Positions 48,601 through 64,000 of a stretch of DNA of 64,000 nucleotides are shown here, piece by piece. The position numbers and the translations under genes were made by a program. Origin of the DNA: the human T2T-CHM13v2.0 reference genome, Homo sapiens. Where the stretch lies: the NCBI RefSeq assembly GCF_009914755.1, contig NC_060930.1. One strand, 5' to 3'. Within the stretch, counting starts at the first letter, position 1. Each line of letters begins with the position of its first letter. The notes beneath the pieces are model-generated. The model did not search any database. It was not told where the DNA came from and worked only from the letters and a program-made list of their open reading frames with translations.

Positions 48601-51600
48601 TCTATTTTAAGTACAGCAAATGCAGGGCACTGAGAATGAGCAACAAACTTGCCTCATCACGGAGACTTCCTTCAAGATTTCCTAATTGAGATAGTCACAT
48701 ATTTATTTTAAAATGGCTGGAGAAGACAAACTGGCTGAGGTTTAGCTGACACCAGTAATGGCATTGAAGAGTGTCTTCATGTGGCTGAGAGCTAATGCTA
48801 GTTGCTGTTTCACTAGATCAGATATTGAGTTACATTTTCGTTATCACTGGTTTAATGTACATGGCAGTTGTAACAAATTTAAATTTGATACAATATAATT
48901 TTGTGTATGAAAAGTACATGACTTGGCATAGCTTGCTTGTAGTGTACTCCCTGAAAATATCTTCATGTAGAAATGTTTGTCTCACTATGACCTTTACAGT
49001 GTTTCTTTATCTTTCCTTTTCTTCTTCCCTTATCCTGGTTTTTCCTGATTAGAAAGACTGGTTGTACCAATGTACTTACAATTAGTCTGCCTTATTTAAT
49101 TAGTGGCTAGTAGAATTTTAAAAAATCAGACAGCGATGCAGAGTATATGTTTCTAAAGTGAATGTTGTGATTGTGTCTAATGTAATATGTCTCAGGTATA
49201 CTGTTAGCTCACATATATCATAATAAATGAATGTCACAAGGGAATTCTGACATATGGGAAGGTTAATTAGTTTTAAGAGTTCATCCAGAACATAGTAGAT
49301 ATAATATAAAAACTAACTTCTACTAGTGGATGTGTAAGCGTAAATATATGTGTAAGGTAAATATTGTTGCCCTTAAGGATATATATTTTGTGCACATAGA
49401 TCTTTTGTGATCAGTAGCTACCAAACAACAATACAACTCAAAATATCCAAACTGTGAGTAGAGATTATGAGTTCAATTTTTGTCTTTTAAAATTCTTTGA
49501 CAAAACCAGCATGATTAGATCAAGCATTCTGTGCTGGAAACTTTCCTAAACAAACCATAATTAATGCACTTACAATGTTTAACTTCTTTATCAATTGCTA
49601 AACTACAGGAGAATCTGTGTTAAATGTCAGAGATGCTTCTTTGCTGAAGAAGTTTTCTGTCTATAAATATTCTCAGTAAGTAATTTGTACCTAAAATTAC
49701 GCTTCAGTCCTGATGCCTACAATTTGGGTCAGGCACATCTGTTAGAGTTTAGTAGTAAACTTACCACAAGATTTTCTAGTTTGTTTTCTGATGGTCTCAA
49801 TTTGGCATTAAAAATAACCTGTGTCAATTGCACAGACAATAAAGCAAGTTGCAGAGCCGAGCTGGTGAGATAAATAGCTTGATTTTAAGAGAGAGAGAGA
49901 GAAATCAGAGCATGGACTGGAAAAGTCAGCAAGTTTAAGTTTGAAATTGGCTCATTATTAAAACAGGTATATTTTAAGTTTTGCTGTTGAAACTCTATCC
50001 TGGTGTCAGAAGCATAATTCTCAGGAACTTAGAAAGTGGACTTAGGACCCCAGATCCCACTGTGGCATTCACAAATTATGTTAGACTCCCCCTCTCTAAG
50101 CAGTGGCCTCAGGTGTGCCACGTGGCAGGGATGGGGACTAATGTTAGTGGGCACATAGCCCTGGCCTCTTGGGAGCAGGTATAAGATGTTCCTGAGCCTT
50201 CAGCCTTGCTCTCACTTGTCCTGCCAAAGGCTCCAAGCTAAACCCATAAAAGACTGTCCTGTGAGAGCTTGGATGGTTATGTATTATGGTCTGTTCAAAC
50301 CAGGAGTTTTCTGGGAAGAGTCTCTTTCTCCATCCACGAACTGGTGTGATGTACGGTAGAGCGTCATTCTCTAAACTTACTTATACAACTCGCAGATTCC
50401 AGAGACGAGGAAATGGAAAGGAACCACTCCACTTCCTCTCGAATCTGAAATAAACATTTGAACTAGAAGAAAATGAGTCTGACAGACTCATTCCCTTCTG
50501 CGTTTCCTGCCTCTGTGCTTGCCAAGCACTGCTCTGAGAAGCCAAGCCCTACTCTCCTTGTGTGAAAGACAGACTTATAGAAACCAAGAGGTAACAGAAT
50601 TTTTAAAGGAAAGTAAAAAACAGGGCCTTAAAAAAGGGCAAATATTAGTGAGCACAGTGGCTCTCTAAAAGGGAGAGTTCTAGGAAAAGGTAGTCTCTTG
50701 TTAGGGTAACCAAACTTTTTATATCTTATATAAAATTCCCTTTTATTTACTGACTCTTTATACTTAACAAAATTATTACAAGTAGTAGAAGGTATACCAT
50801 CAAAATCCCTAAAGTCTAAAACTTCCTCTTGTGGAATGGGAATTCAGCCACACTTGTACTCTCAAGCTAATAAGATTATTGAATATGTTCCTGAAGGAGA
50901 GGGGATATTACAGGTTAGAAGAGGAAAAAAAAAACACGGAAGACTTTGTTTTTGATAGTGCCAATTGAAACATGTAAACAGACATGAAAGCATGTGGTAA
51001 GTGAGATTTGCTGAATGTATATTTTAGGATCTGTAGACCGATGGGTGTTAATATCTCTTATATAACCAAAGGCCTGTGGAACTCTGTGCTGCATTAAGGC
51101 CAGTGACTTTGGCACAGACAGGAAAACAATGTAACAAGTCTTGGTGATTTTTTAAGGCAGTTCTGCAGCTGTGAAAAGACACAGCTGCACACAGCTGTAC
51201 ACCTGCCATGCCTGCCACAATGTTAGCCTGAGGGCTGGTATTCACAATTTCACAGCATTTGTTTGACCTTTTTAGGACATTTGATGTCCTGGCAGCAGAT
51301 TAAAATGTGGGGACATGATTGTTTGCTCTGTATCACGACGAGACAGTAAAACACCATACATTTTATATGCAGAACCACATGATTTTGGTTTCATATGCCA
51401 ATTATATAGCCATCCAATTTAGGATATATCAATAAGAGAGTAAGACTTTCTTTTCCAGCCTGTTCCAGGTCAGAGTTGAGTATTAGTGTTAATGATATGT
51501 CCTCTGCGTTAAAATCATTGTGTTGTGGCTAAGAGCAATTCTGCAAAATGGAGCATAGGAACCATCTTCAAAGAATTTCAGGCTCGAAAGCTGTAGTTCA

Positions 51601-54600
51601 GGTAAAAACAGCAGGGTTCAGTATATAAAGTCTGCACTGAGTGGGAATCTGGCCACCCTTACTATTTCATTCACATTGATGACCCTCCAGTGGGTCATCT
51701 GTGGGGGTGGCTCATCTTAACTATACCATTGGATCCAGTGGGATCATGAAAGAGGAAGTACTTTGTAATCTGCAAAGGGCTCTTCAAATATTTCTTTTGC
51801 ACTATTTAAATTTTATGTCATGACCTTTTTCTTGGCAGAACCATAAAATAAAACTGATCCACTGGGTCTGTGTTAAGAAAGACAGCTCAGACTCAGCCCT
51901 GGGCCAGGCCTGAGAGTAGAGCTAGAAACTGACTTCTAACCAGATTCAATTCCTGCTTCACTCTGGAACTTGAACAAGGCTTCTGCCTGTCTTCTGCAGA
52001 TTACCTTTCTTTATCTCTATTAATGAGTCCAATGATGCCTGATAGATATCTACTCCAGAAGTAAGTCAGAGCATATGGAGATGGAAAGGGAGATAAAATA
52101 TTTTTCAGAAATAACCATCAGTCTACTATTCATAACCTTAACTAGTAGAGATAGTAGCATTTTTCCCCCATGCTTTATAAATTGTTTGGAATTGGGAGTT
52201 TCTTTTTCCTTTGAAAGCATTTCTCATGTGCTCCACTTTCTTGGATAATGGGTGTCAGAATGTTTTGAAGTTAAGTAATGTAACCAACAAATCCTTTTTA
52301 TTGTCATTAGGACTGTGACTATAGCTGATGTAATTGTCTATGACTGAGACTATGTGTTAATTTTTAATTAAAACTAGTTTTTTATTTTTATGAAAATAAT
52401 ACATGGACATGACAAAAAGAGTAGGCAATAAAAATAAGCAAAAAGAAAAACAAAGCCTGTAATTTTCCCACCCAGACGCAATTACTGTCAACATTTTGAT
52501 ATATGTCTTTTCATGCCCTTTCTCTATATATGATATATAGTTTTTATAAAAAAAAGTCTCATACTATACTAACCTTCCTTTTAAAACTTAATATACTGTT
52601 AATAGCTTTTCATGGCAATAAAAATGTATCTACAGTATATATTTTAGTGGCAAAATAGTATTCCATTATATGCCCAAACTATAATTTATTTAACTAGGAT
52701 TCCTATTGTTTGGCATTTAGTTTGTTTCTAAGAAAACAATGCTGAAACATGCATATTTCCATAGCTGTTTTCCTAGAATAGTTTCAACAGTCCCTAGAAG
52801 TAAAATTGCTAAGTCAAAGGGTATGTACAATTTTAAGGCTTTTAATGCATAGAGTCAAATTACTTTTTCTAACAGTTGTAGCAATTTAAATTCCCAATAG
52901 CATGAGGGTGCTTACTAATACTACATGTTATAATTTTTAAGCTTTTACATATTTATTTTTAAAATTAGGTTTTCCTGAATTTTATTTGATCATTTCTCTG
53001 TAACTGCGTTTAAATAAATATTTGTGACTGGATTAAGTGCTAAGCATTGTGTTAGGTGAGGCATAAAATGAAATTAAAGGTTCCTACCCTCAAGTAACTT
53101 ACATTGTTTTTGGAATAGATGACATATTTTACTAGAACTGGGACTTGCAGTGAAAATGGGAATTATGTTTATGGGGAGGGGAAGGGCATGACTTGCCCCT
53201 CATTGGGTGAGTGATTGGGGGCTCTTTGAATACTTCCTGCTGTCTTGGGTAGAATACAAATTTGAAAACACATTGGCATTCAGTTTTGCAAGGCCTGGTA
53301 TGAAAAAATCAGTATCTGTGTTTTAAAATCTACTTGTTGTTTTCAAAATAAATAAAATCACCAGTTCTTTTTGAAGATTTTGAAGTACTTGTGTTTCAGA
53401 GGTATTTTGCGAATTTGTAATTACTGCTATTTTCAGTGTTATGAAGTCAACTCTTTATTATTTACCTGGTAAAATGTTCAATCAAAAATCACGTAGTGTC
53501 ATTCACAGCTCCTCAGAAAGAAAAAAAAAATCATGTAGGTTGAACTTTGACATTTGTACAGTACTTCCAGTTGAATAAGGAAGGTGTTTGATGAATATCC
53601 TGGCAGTGTAAGATGCAACAAAAATTATTTTGCTGGTATAGGAAGAACTCAGGAGGAGTAAAGACATAGTAAAATTTAGTTTCCACCTATCTTTCTGTGA
53701 CCTTTTTTTGTTTTTGTTTTAATTCTCAGAAGAGATCATGCTTTCAGACTAAATGTTAGGATTGCCTTTTTTTCTTATGAACACTAGAGGTGAGAGAGGA
53801 GAATTGGAGAGGGAAGGAAAGAGGCAGGGAAATTATGTAGTAGAAGTACAAAGCAATTAGAGTCAGATGTAGTATCAAAACATTGTGAAATGAGGAGATT
53901 CCATTTTAATTGTGAATTTTGAGCACCCCTGTTAAGGAAACTAGAGGTCAATGATCAAATCCAAAGCAAGCAAAGTCTTAACGTAAGTAGATATGCCCTG
54001 TTTAGAAATCTCTTTATATATGATATTGACATTCTCTTGCATGATATCTTTGCAGCTCTTTGATTGGTCCGGGAGGTAGCTTCTTTGCAATTGCGGATAC
54101 ATTGGGAAGTACAGAATTTATAATAGAAAGAGACCTGGCTTAAGAATTAGAAGATATGTATTTTAGTTTTGACTTTACTAGATCTCTCATGCCTGTCTTT
54201 TACCTTCTTGATGTTCTAATTTTCTGTCGTGAAAAGAGGATGTCATATAGGTTCACCAAAAGTTTATTGTGGAAATCAAGTACCTAACACATAGGGTTAT
54301 TGAAAGGATCAGGAGAATTAAAAGATATAGAAACACTGTAAAGTGCTATAAGACTATTAGACATTATTATAATTACAGTGACCTATTTTCCAAACCCAAA
54401 TTGGACCACATGGTTTGAGAGATGATTTTTGTGTCACTTCCAAGGGCAAGAAGCAGTCTGCAAAATGTAGTTCAGATGCCAAAATATTGAAATCTCTGGC
54501 ACATTTTGATGATTTATGGGAGCAATGATAAAATATTTGAAATAATGACTCAGTAAAATTCATGAGGTATGATCACTGTAATTATGAAATTTCTTTGCAA

Positions 54601-55045
54601 AAGGTATTTTATTTCTTATATAAGTAGAAGTTCTTTGATTTTACAGAATCCTAAAACTGGGAGGCACTCTTAAGAGACTCTGCTTCATTTCCTGCCCTAG
54701 GTCTTCAGGAGAAATGCTGGGTAAAGATTTTGAGGGAGGCAGATATCATAACCTGCCTTCGTTCAGTGGCTTGTTTTATTACTGAACATCCTTATCTCGA
54801 AAATCTGTCTGCATTTTAACTACTATTACCTTTACTGTTTTTCACATATATATGTATGAAACACATGTATATATATATGAAACAGGAAATGAATAACTTT
54901 TTAAATAGGAAATTCCTTTTTAAGGGATAATAGTACAAAAACAATGCTGAAAAGTAACTGTTGGAATTCTCTGCTAGAAAGACTTGAAAATCTTTATAGG
55001 CCATAAACATTAAATTCATGTCTCTTAGAATATATTATGTTTCTT

Positions 55046-55757
<712 letters not shown>

Positions 55758-57697
55758 TTAAATTTTTAAATTTTTGATTCCTTGGAGTCCTTTGGCTTCT
55801 TCATACAATAGTGTATACAACAGAAGTAATAGTCATTTCTTGTAGCTGTACTACAAAAAACTTTGGTGTTCGTTTTCTCTCTTTCATCTTGCCCCTTTCA
55901 TGAAAGCTTTGAGATTTATGGCTTGAAGTTTTATAAATCTTTGTTTTCTGCTTTTGTAGCAATATATCAAAACATTAAGGTGTTTATTTTTATTTTCCAT
56001 GACAAAAAAGGGAATGTTTTAGAGTTTATTTACCCTGACATTTATAGGAACTTGAAAATCATGGAATAGATCAAGTTCATATTGATTGTTCCATGAAGCC
56101 TCTGACTTTTCAGCACAAACCGTAAACTAAACTGATGTAGTTTTGATGCCCAAATAATGTGAATTTGGTGTTAATATTCCAACTGAGGTTTCAGTTTTTA
56201 CCCAAATGTCTAAAACTTCTGGATCCCATTCCTGGAACTGGTTCTGAAAGGCTGAATGGATTTGCAGCTGGACTAAAACAAATCTATATCCTTGGCTAGG
56301 GGGTTGCTCCATGATTATGCATTCGTAGCCTTTGTGTGACTTCAGAGGCTAGACAGAAACAGGAGAAAGTGGCACCCATAGATGACCGGTCTATAAAACT
56401 GGATATAGTCACTAGGATATATGTAAAAGATATTCTGTCTTGGCACAGTTTTCTTAGAGATTGGGGCAGATGGCACACAGACCAATAGGATGGCTTGCAT
56501 TTGGCTTTTAATGCTGTTGGGAATTGTTTTTTTTGATGAAAAGTATAAGCCTCATCCTTGGAGATTTCTGCTGTGAGACCACTGATAGAGGACCTCTATT
56601 TGTGTGCCTAGGGATTGTCATTCTCAAGTCAGGCTCTCATCTCAGTGAAAGAAATTAGGTGTTGGGGAGACTGATGCCTCATTAAAGGGATCTCTTTTGA
56701 TTGAGTGGGGCAGTGTTCAACCCAGTCCTCCTCAGTGATATTCCTAAAGTTGCTGAGCTTATTATTCATATTGATCATATCTTTGTGCATTCATGAAAAG
56801 AATATCTATTTAATGTGGACACGACCAGCCATCAGAGAGAATAAATGCCTCACTAAAGCTTGATGTGACTGACTGTTGGCCTTGCGGATGGTAACACTGA
56901 ATCAATCTGGCTAGTTTTTTCTTAATTGTTAATGCACTGTACCATCACTGATTGACCCAGTTGGAGTTCAGAGCTTACGTGGGTACTAAAGCAAAAAATC
57001 TAGCATCCTGTGGGTAGTTTGAAATGCCAGGTTTGTTTTTGTGGAGTCAGTAGTGTAATGTCTTTTATTTTTTATGCTACCCCTGCTGAAATTTAAAGTC
57101 GTGAAATTCAAGAAAACACGGAACTCACACGTTGAGATTGTGCACACTCTGGCTTAGCCTTGGTGCTTTGTTTCAGGTATATAAATTATATATTGTAGTG
57201 TAATTCAGAAATGACAGCTTCTAAGAAGGATAATAAAAGATTCTTTGAGCCACAAAGAAGGTTAGAATATATAGTTTTTCTGGCTCAGCTTAGGAAGCTC
57301 GTGGTTCCCTGCGAGACAGGAATGTTTAAGGCACACATAAGCATTAAAATCATTAACACACAGAGTCTTACATCTTGTTTCCAGATATAGCAATTGATAA
57401 GGTAAAAATATATAGTCACTTTAATATGATATTAAATCTGTCCAATTATACTTATTATTTTTGAAGTATGATATCCATAACAACAGCAACAGTGATATTA
57501 TCTTACATTTATGTATTGATTTATAGTTCATAAAATGTTTTCATACATTATCCCAAATGGGCTGGCTAGTAACTTTAAAGTTATTTGGTACTTTTATGTT
57601 ACTTGTCAGAAGACAATCTTAGTGACCTTAGATTTTATGGAAAAAGAACCTGTCACTAATGAAATTTATAAAAAAAACTTATGTGTTGATTTTTTAA

Positions 57698-57992
<295 letters not shown>

Positions 57993-58589
57993 TGATTTTT
58001 GAAAAAACTCTTGCAGAAGGAAAAAAATAAAAAAGGAAGACCCTTGTAACCTATTGTAACCTAGCTTTCTGTATGGTACTGTTAACAATTCTGAAATTTT
58101 TCTTTGTTGAAATTTGGCGTTATCCGCGATAAGAGTTATCTTAAGAAAACAACACCTAAATCAGAAAGCAATTTTAATTGAAATTGATCTGAACCACAAA
58201 AGGTTGTTTTCATTTTCAAAATCTTTTCTTAGCTGTTTTTGTGATTCACCTTTCAATATTTTTGTATTGATGTTGGATATAGATTTTATAGACTAATGTG
58301 CTAAAATATGACTTCCTGTTCATAGGCAACACTAACAAATATAGTTAGTCTTTTTTGTCTTATTATCTTTAAATTACAAATATCTGAAGCCCTGTCATAA
58401 TTGAATGCATCATCCTAAGATTTAAAAACATTATGGTTTTGAACATGATTTGAAAAATGAACACCACACTAGGGGAAGTGAGGCAGGGCTGCAAATAAAT
58501 GAGGTAGGACAAGCAGAATTCAATTTATGCATTCTTTTCAAGTAGTTATTGATTATAGAAATAAGTAGTAGCCTATGCTTCTCTTTCAG

Positions 58590-58728
58590 AACTTTGCAGA
58601 AAACACCATGAATGAACTCCTTGGCTGGTATGGCTATGATAAGGTTGAATTAAAAGATGGTGAGGATATTGAATTCAGGAGCTACCCTACAGATGGGGAG
58701 AGCCGGCAGCACATTTCTGTTCTCAAAG
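58590..58728 (+). CDS. SOBP: SOBP coding exon 2: [46 protein letters not shown]
   Basis: Acceptor cttctctttcag|AAC, donor AAG|GTAATG, 139 nt, phase 0 to 1, open frame containing the [14 protein letters not shown] box. Confidence 0.95.
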
Positions 58729-60235
58729 GTAATGACATTTAATGTCCTTTTGTTCATGCAAAGAAGGATTAACTATCTCAACCTGCCAGAATTGAGTTGC
58801 TTTGGGACTCAATTGAGTTGCTTTGTTGATTATGCCAATGGTTGATTTAAACATACATCCCCAATAGTGCTTTCCCATAAGCAGAATTCTGCAGAATATA
58901 AAAGAACAACATAAAACAAAAATAGACACAGCTTAATCTCCTCCCAGCAATGGGAGAACTAGACAAGGACTAGCGACCTAAGTGCCATGGTCCTGCATAC
59001 AGATTTAAAGAAAGGGACAATGTTTGCTAACTAGAGTTTCCTGATCACTTTGATAGATCATCATCTGTTGGGGACTGGGGTTTCTGTTAAGTGAAATGTT
59101 AGGTTTAGATCTTCAGACTGCTAGAGAGATTCACTGTTAGTTTGGTAATCCTCCTTCCTTTTTTTCAGTGGGAAATCTAAACGGAATTACTATTTTTGTT
59201 TTGCTTGACATTTTCATTCTTTCCCTGCCCCCACGCACTTGAATAGGGTAAAAAGAGGAGTAAGAGAGTGGTAGATGATTAGAGCCTATATTACTCTTTA
59301 AGAATTTTTTAATCAAAGCCCAGCTAAAGAGTGAAAATTACAGAGCCTTGGCAGAGCTGAATTAACACTGATTCTACCAGTGGGTAACAGTGCCAGATAT
59401 CTCATGGGGGAAGTCTGTATGAATACTGAATTTATGAACCTAAATTAGGAATGAGAGCTTGCTTGTCAAAGAAAAGAGAAGTATGTGAAGAAGCAGCCCA
59501 TTCAGGAAACTTTAATAAAATGTGGGTAAAACAAATTATACATCATCACTGGCAATTTGATCAATATTTGCGTTGCATTCAAAATCTATTGGCATAAACT
59601 ACCTGTTCAAACGTTTTATTTCCAGTCTTTAAGATAGAGCTTTCCCTTCTTATATGCCAAGCAAGGAAATGTAATTGAGCTGCCCTGCAGGCAAGTGGAA
59701 TTGAATGTACATGACAAATTTTATGTTAAGCTTACTATGAAATTGTACACATCATGCTACAGAGATAGTATCATCAATTTCACTGTAAATGAAAAATGCA
59801 AGTCATGAGTTTGTATTCTATAAACTAATAGCTCATATAATACTTGGCCTAGGTAATAATCTTTGCTTCTGGGGAACATACAGCATGCCAGGATATGCTA
59901 CTAGAACGAAAAAGTTGTTTTCCATGGTTGAGGTTTTTGTTCATTTGTTTTTTTAAGTGATTCACATGCAAGGATACGATGCACAAAGCTCATATCGTTG
60001 TAAGTTTTTAAAATTTTTATTTTTGTTATTTTTTAATGGGTATTATCGATACCTTGTGAAGCATCAGTTTTCTTCCCTGTTTCTTTCTCATTGGTTCATG
60101 TGATTATATTATGATACAAGTTTATAATACAGTGGGACCTAGTTACAATGCTGGAGGGCACGTTTTAGGCTTTCCCCTGGTAGCCAGAGAGCTATGCTTG
60201 CTGTATATCATGTTGTACATGGAAAAAAAGGTTAA

Positions 60236-60950
<715 letters not shown>

Positions 60951-61174
60951 TAGCTATCATAGTGGAGCAAATTATAAAGGAGCCCATTGGAAATTTATGG
61001 TAACCACACTAAAAAGTTCCTGGATGAACTGTGGAGTTCTAGTACATTGTTTAAAGATTTGCAAGAAAAAATATGTTGGGTTCATGGCCATTTTACTTGA
61101 GAAAATAAGGAAAAATTTAAGTCTACTGCATTACATTCCTTGGTCACATTGAATATGATTTTTTTCTTTTACAG

Positions 61175-61360
61175 AAAATTCTTTGCCAAAACCAAAATTA
61201 CCCGAGGACAGTGTTATTTCACCATACAATATAAGCACAGGCTATTCAGGGCTTGCCACTGGAAATGGACTCAGTGACTCACCTGCAGGGTCAAAGGATC
61301 ATGGCAGTGTGCCCATTATTGTACCTTTAATTCCACCACCTTTCATAAAGCCACCAGCAG
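61175..61360 (+). CDS. SOBP: SOBP coding exon 3: (E)[61 protein letters not shown]
   Basis: Acceptor tttttcttttacag|AA, perfect donor CAG|GTAAGT, 186 nt, phase 1 to 1, in frame with exon 2. Overlaps track ORF 61183..61413. The gene continues past the window. Confidence 0.95.
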
Positions 61361-61725
61361 GTAAGTCACTACTGGTGTTTTCAGTGATAACAATTCATAG
61401 AAAGTTGTTTTAACCATCTTAGGAATAATTATTAAATGCTCAAGTTAACTTTGGTAGAGGCTGTTTTAGGGACCTTATAGGTAAGAAATGTTAATACAGG
61501 CATCACTTAGAGTATTACTGTTACATTAGGAAAATTTCCCTACCTACTACTACTTAGGCTATAAACTTTCAACTGACAGTAAACCTTTTCTACCACTGAC
61601 TACAAAACAAAGTTATTTTCCTTCTCTGAAATCACCTGTTTAAATGAGAAAAAAAAGATAAAATGGTTTTTAAAAATAAAATATAGACAATGACTGTTTA
61701 GCAAGAAAAAAAAGTAACCATGGTT

Positions 61726-62013
<288 letters not shown>

Positions 62014-62164
62014 GTAACCATGGTTGAAAACTGGGTGGTGCATAAGGAGGGCCACATCTCCTCTGGGGTCTTCTGAGGAGAGGGATAGTTTTGTAAAAGG
62101 ACATGAGGCAGGCTTGGTCTTCAACACGCTTTCCTCTAAATCCATTAGAGAAACCACCTAGATT

Positions 62165-62659
<495 letters not shown>

Positions 62660-63240
62660 AAAATTACATATCTTCTCCAACAGAGTGTTTTCTAATTCCT
62701 GGAAAGCTCTCTTTGAGAGCTTTTTTCTTTTCTTTTCTTTTTTTAATGGAGATCTTTCACTTGTATGAAAATGTAATTCATTCTTATATTTCCAGAAAAT
62801 TAGATGGCAGTGTATTAGATCTAGATGGCAACGGGCTGAGCATTATGTGATATTGCAAGCTGGGCTATATATTTCACACAGAGAAAGAAGTTAAATAATA
62901 TTGTATCTGGCTCCCTGTAAAATGTTGGAATCATCCTAGAATGTTTAATTGTAACGCTGGTTATTTTTCTGTATGTTGAATTGAACAATGATAAATACTG
63001 AGTTTCAACAGCAGTACTTATTATAACATACTAAAGCTAATGTTTGTGTTTTTATTAGGGAAGATAGGTATTTGGTTATGCTTCCATAAACAGTGAAGAA
63101 ATTTGTAGATACAAGTTCCTGGGCTTATGTTATAGATATACTTACACTGTATTCTAAGTGTTACTCTCGTTTTTCTTCATGGTTCCCGCTACATTCTTTT
63201 GCTTGGCCTGCTGCATTTTAGCAGTAAAAATGTCCTTTCA

Positions 63241-63762
<522 letters not shown>

Positions 63763-63849
63763 CTAATTTTGTAAATGTAGAGTTTACGTTTGAATATATG
63801 CCCAGTGGCTTAGGGGAGGGGAGATGATGATGAAGGTATCAGTAAGGTA

Positions 63850-64000
63850 GTATGAGTAAGTGACAAGTACATGGGGTTCAGATTCAGACAGATTGGGTTC
63901 AAATCTAGGCTTTGTCATGTACCACCCTGTGAACATGGACAAGTTACATAAGCTCTCTTCACTTCAGTTTTCTCATCTGTAAAATGGGGATCCCAGCCCT
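63850..64000 (+). mobile_element. MIR
   Basis: gggttcaaatct ... cttcagttttctcatctgtaaaatgggg core. Confidence 0.7.

Noticed and set aside
58590-58600. Second AG acceptor 10 nt into exon 2 (tttgcag)
   Set aside because: Would shift the frame; the upstream AG has the polypyrimidine tract and preserves the ORF.

Overview
Primate (human-like) genomic DNA. I recognise it as the head-to-head PDSS2/SOBP locus (human 6q21, from memory of the proteins, not a search). PDSS2 coding exon 1 is on the minus strand (14215-13920) in a CpG island, and its intron 1 fills the left part of the window. SOBP coding exons 1-3 are on the plus strand (45550-45645, 58590-58728, 61175-61360), downstream of a large CpG island with GGC/GCC tracts. 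The rest is about 40 Alus, L1 pieces, a full THE1 MaLR, an ERVK-type solo LTR, MIR/MER relics and microsatellites. Nearly all other ORFs in the track are Alu-, L1- or GC-derived noise. Most interesting observations: (1) the GGC-rich SOBP leader has AUG-initiated poly-Ala and poly-Gly uORFs, and the poly-Ala one is in frame with SOBP and separated from it by a single TAG; (2) a 325-nt exon 2-3 circle flanked by inverted Alus would carry a 110-aa ORF that crosses the back-splice junction; (3) a ~0.87-kb intergenic inverted duplication has a near-identical core, suggesting gene conversion; (4) an L1 with an apparent 3' transduction splits an Alu in two. Alignments and translations were done by eye, so repeat boundaries are approximate.
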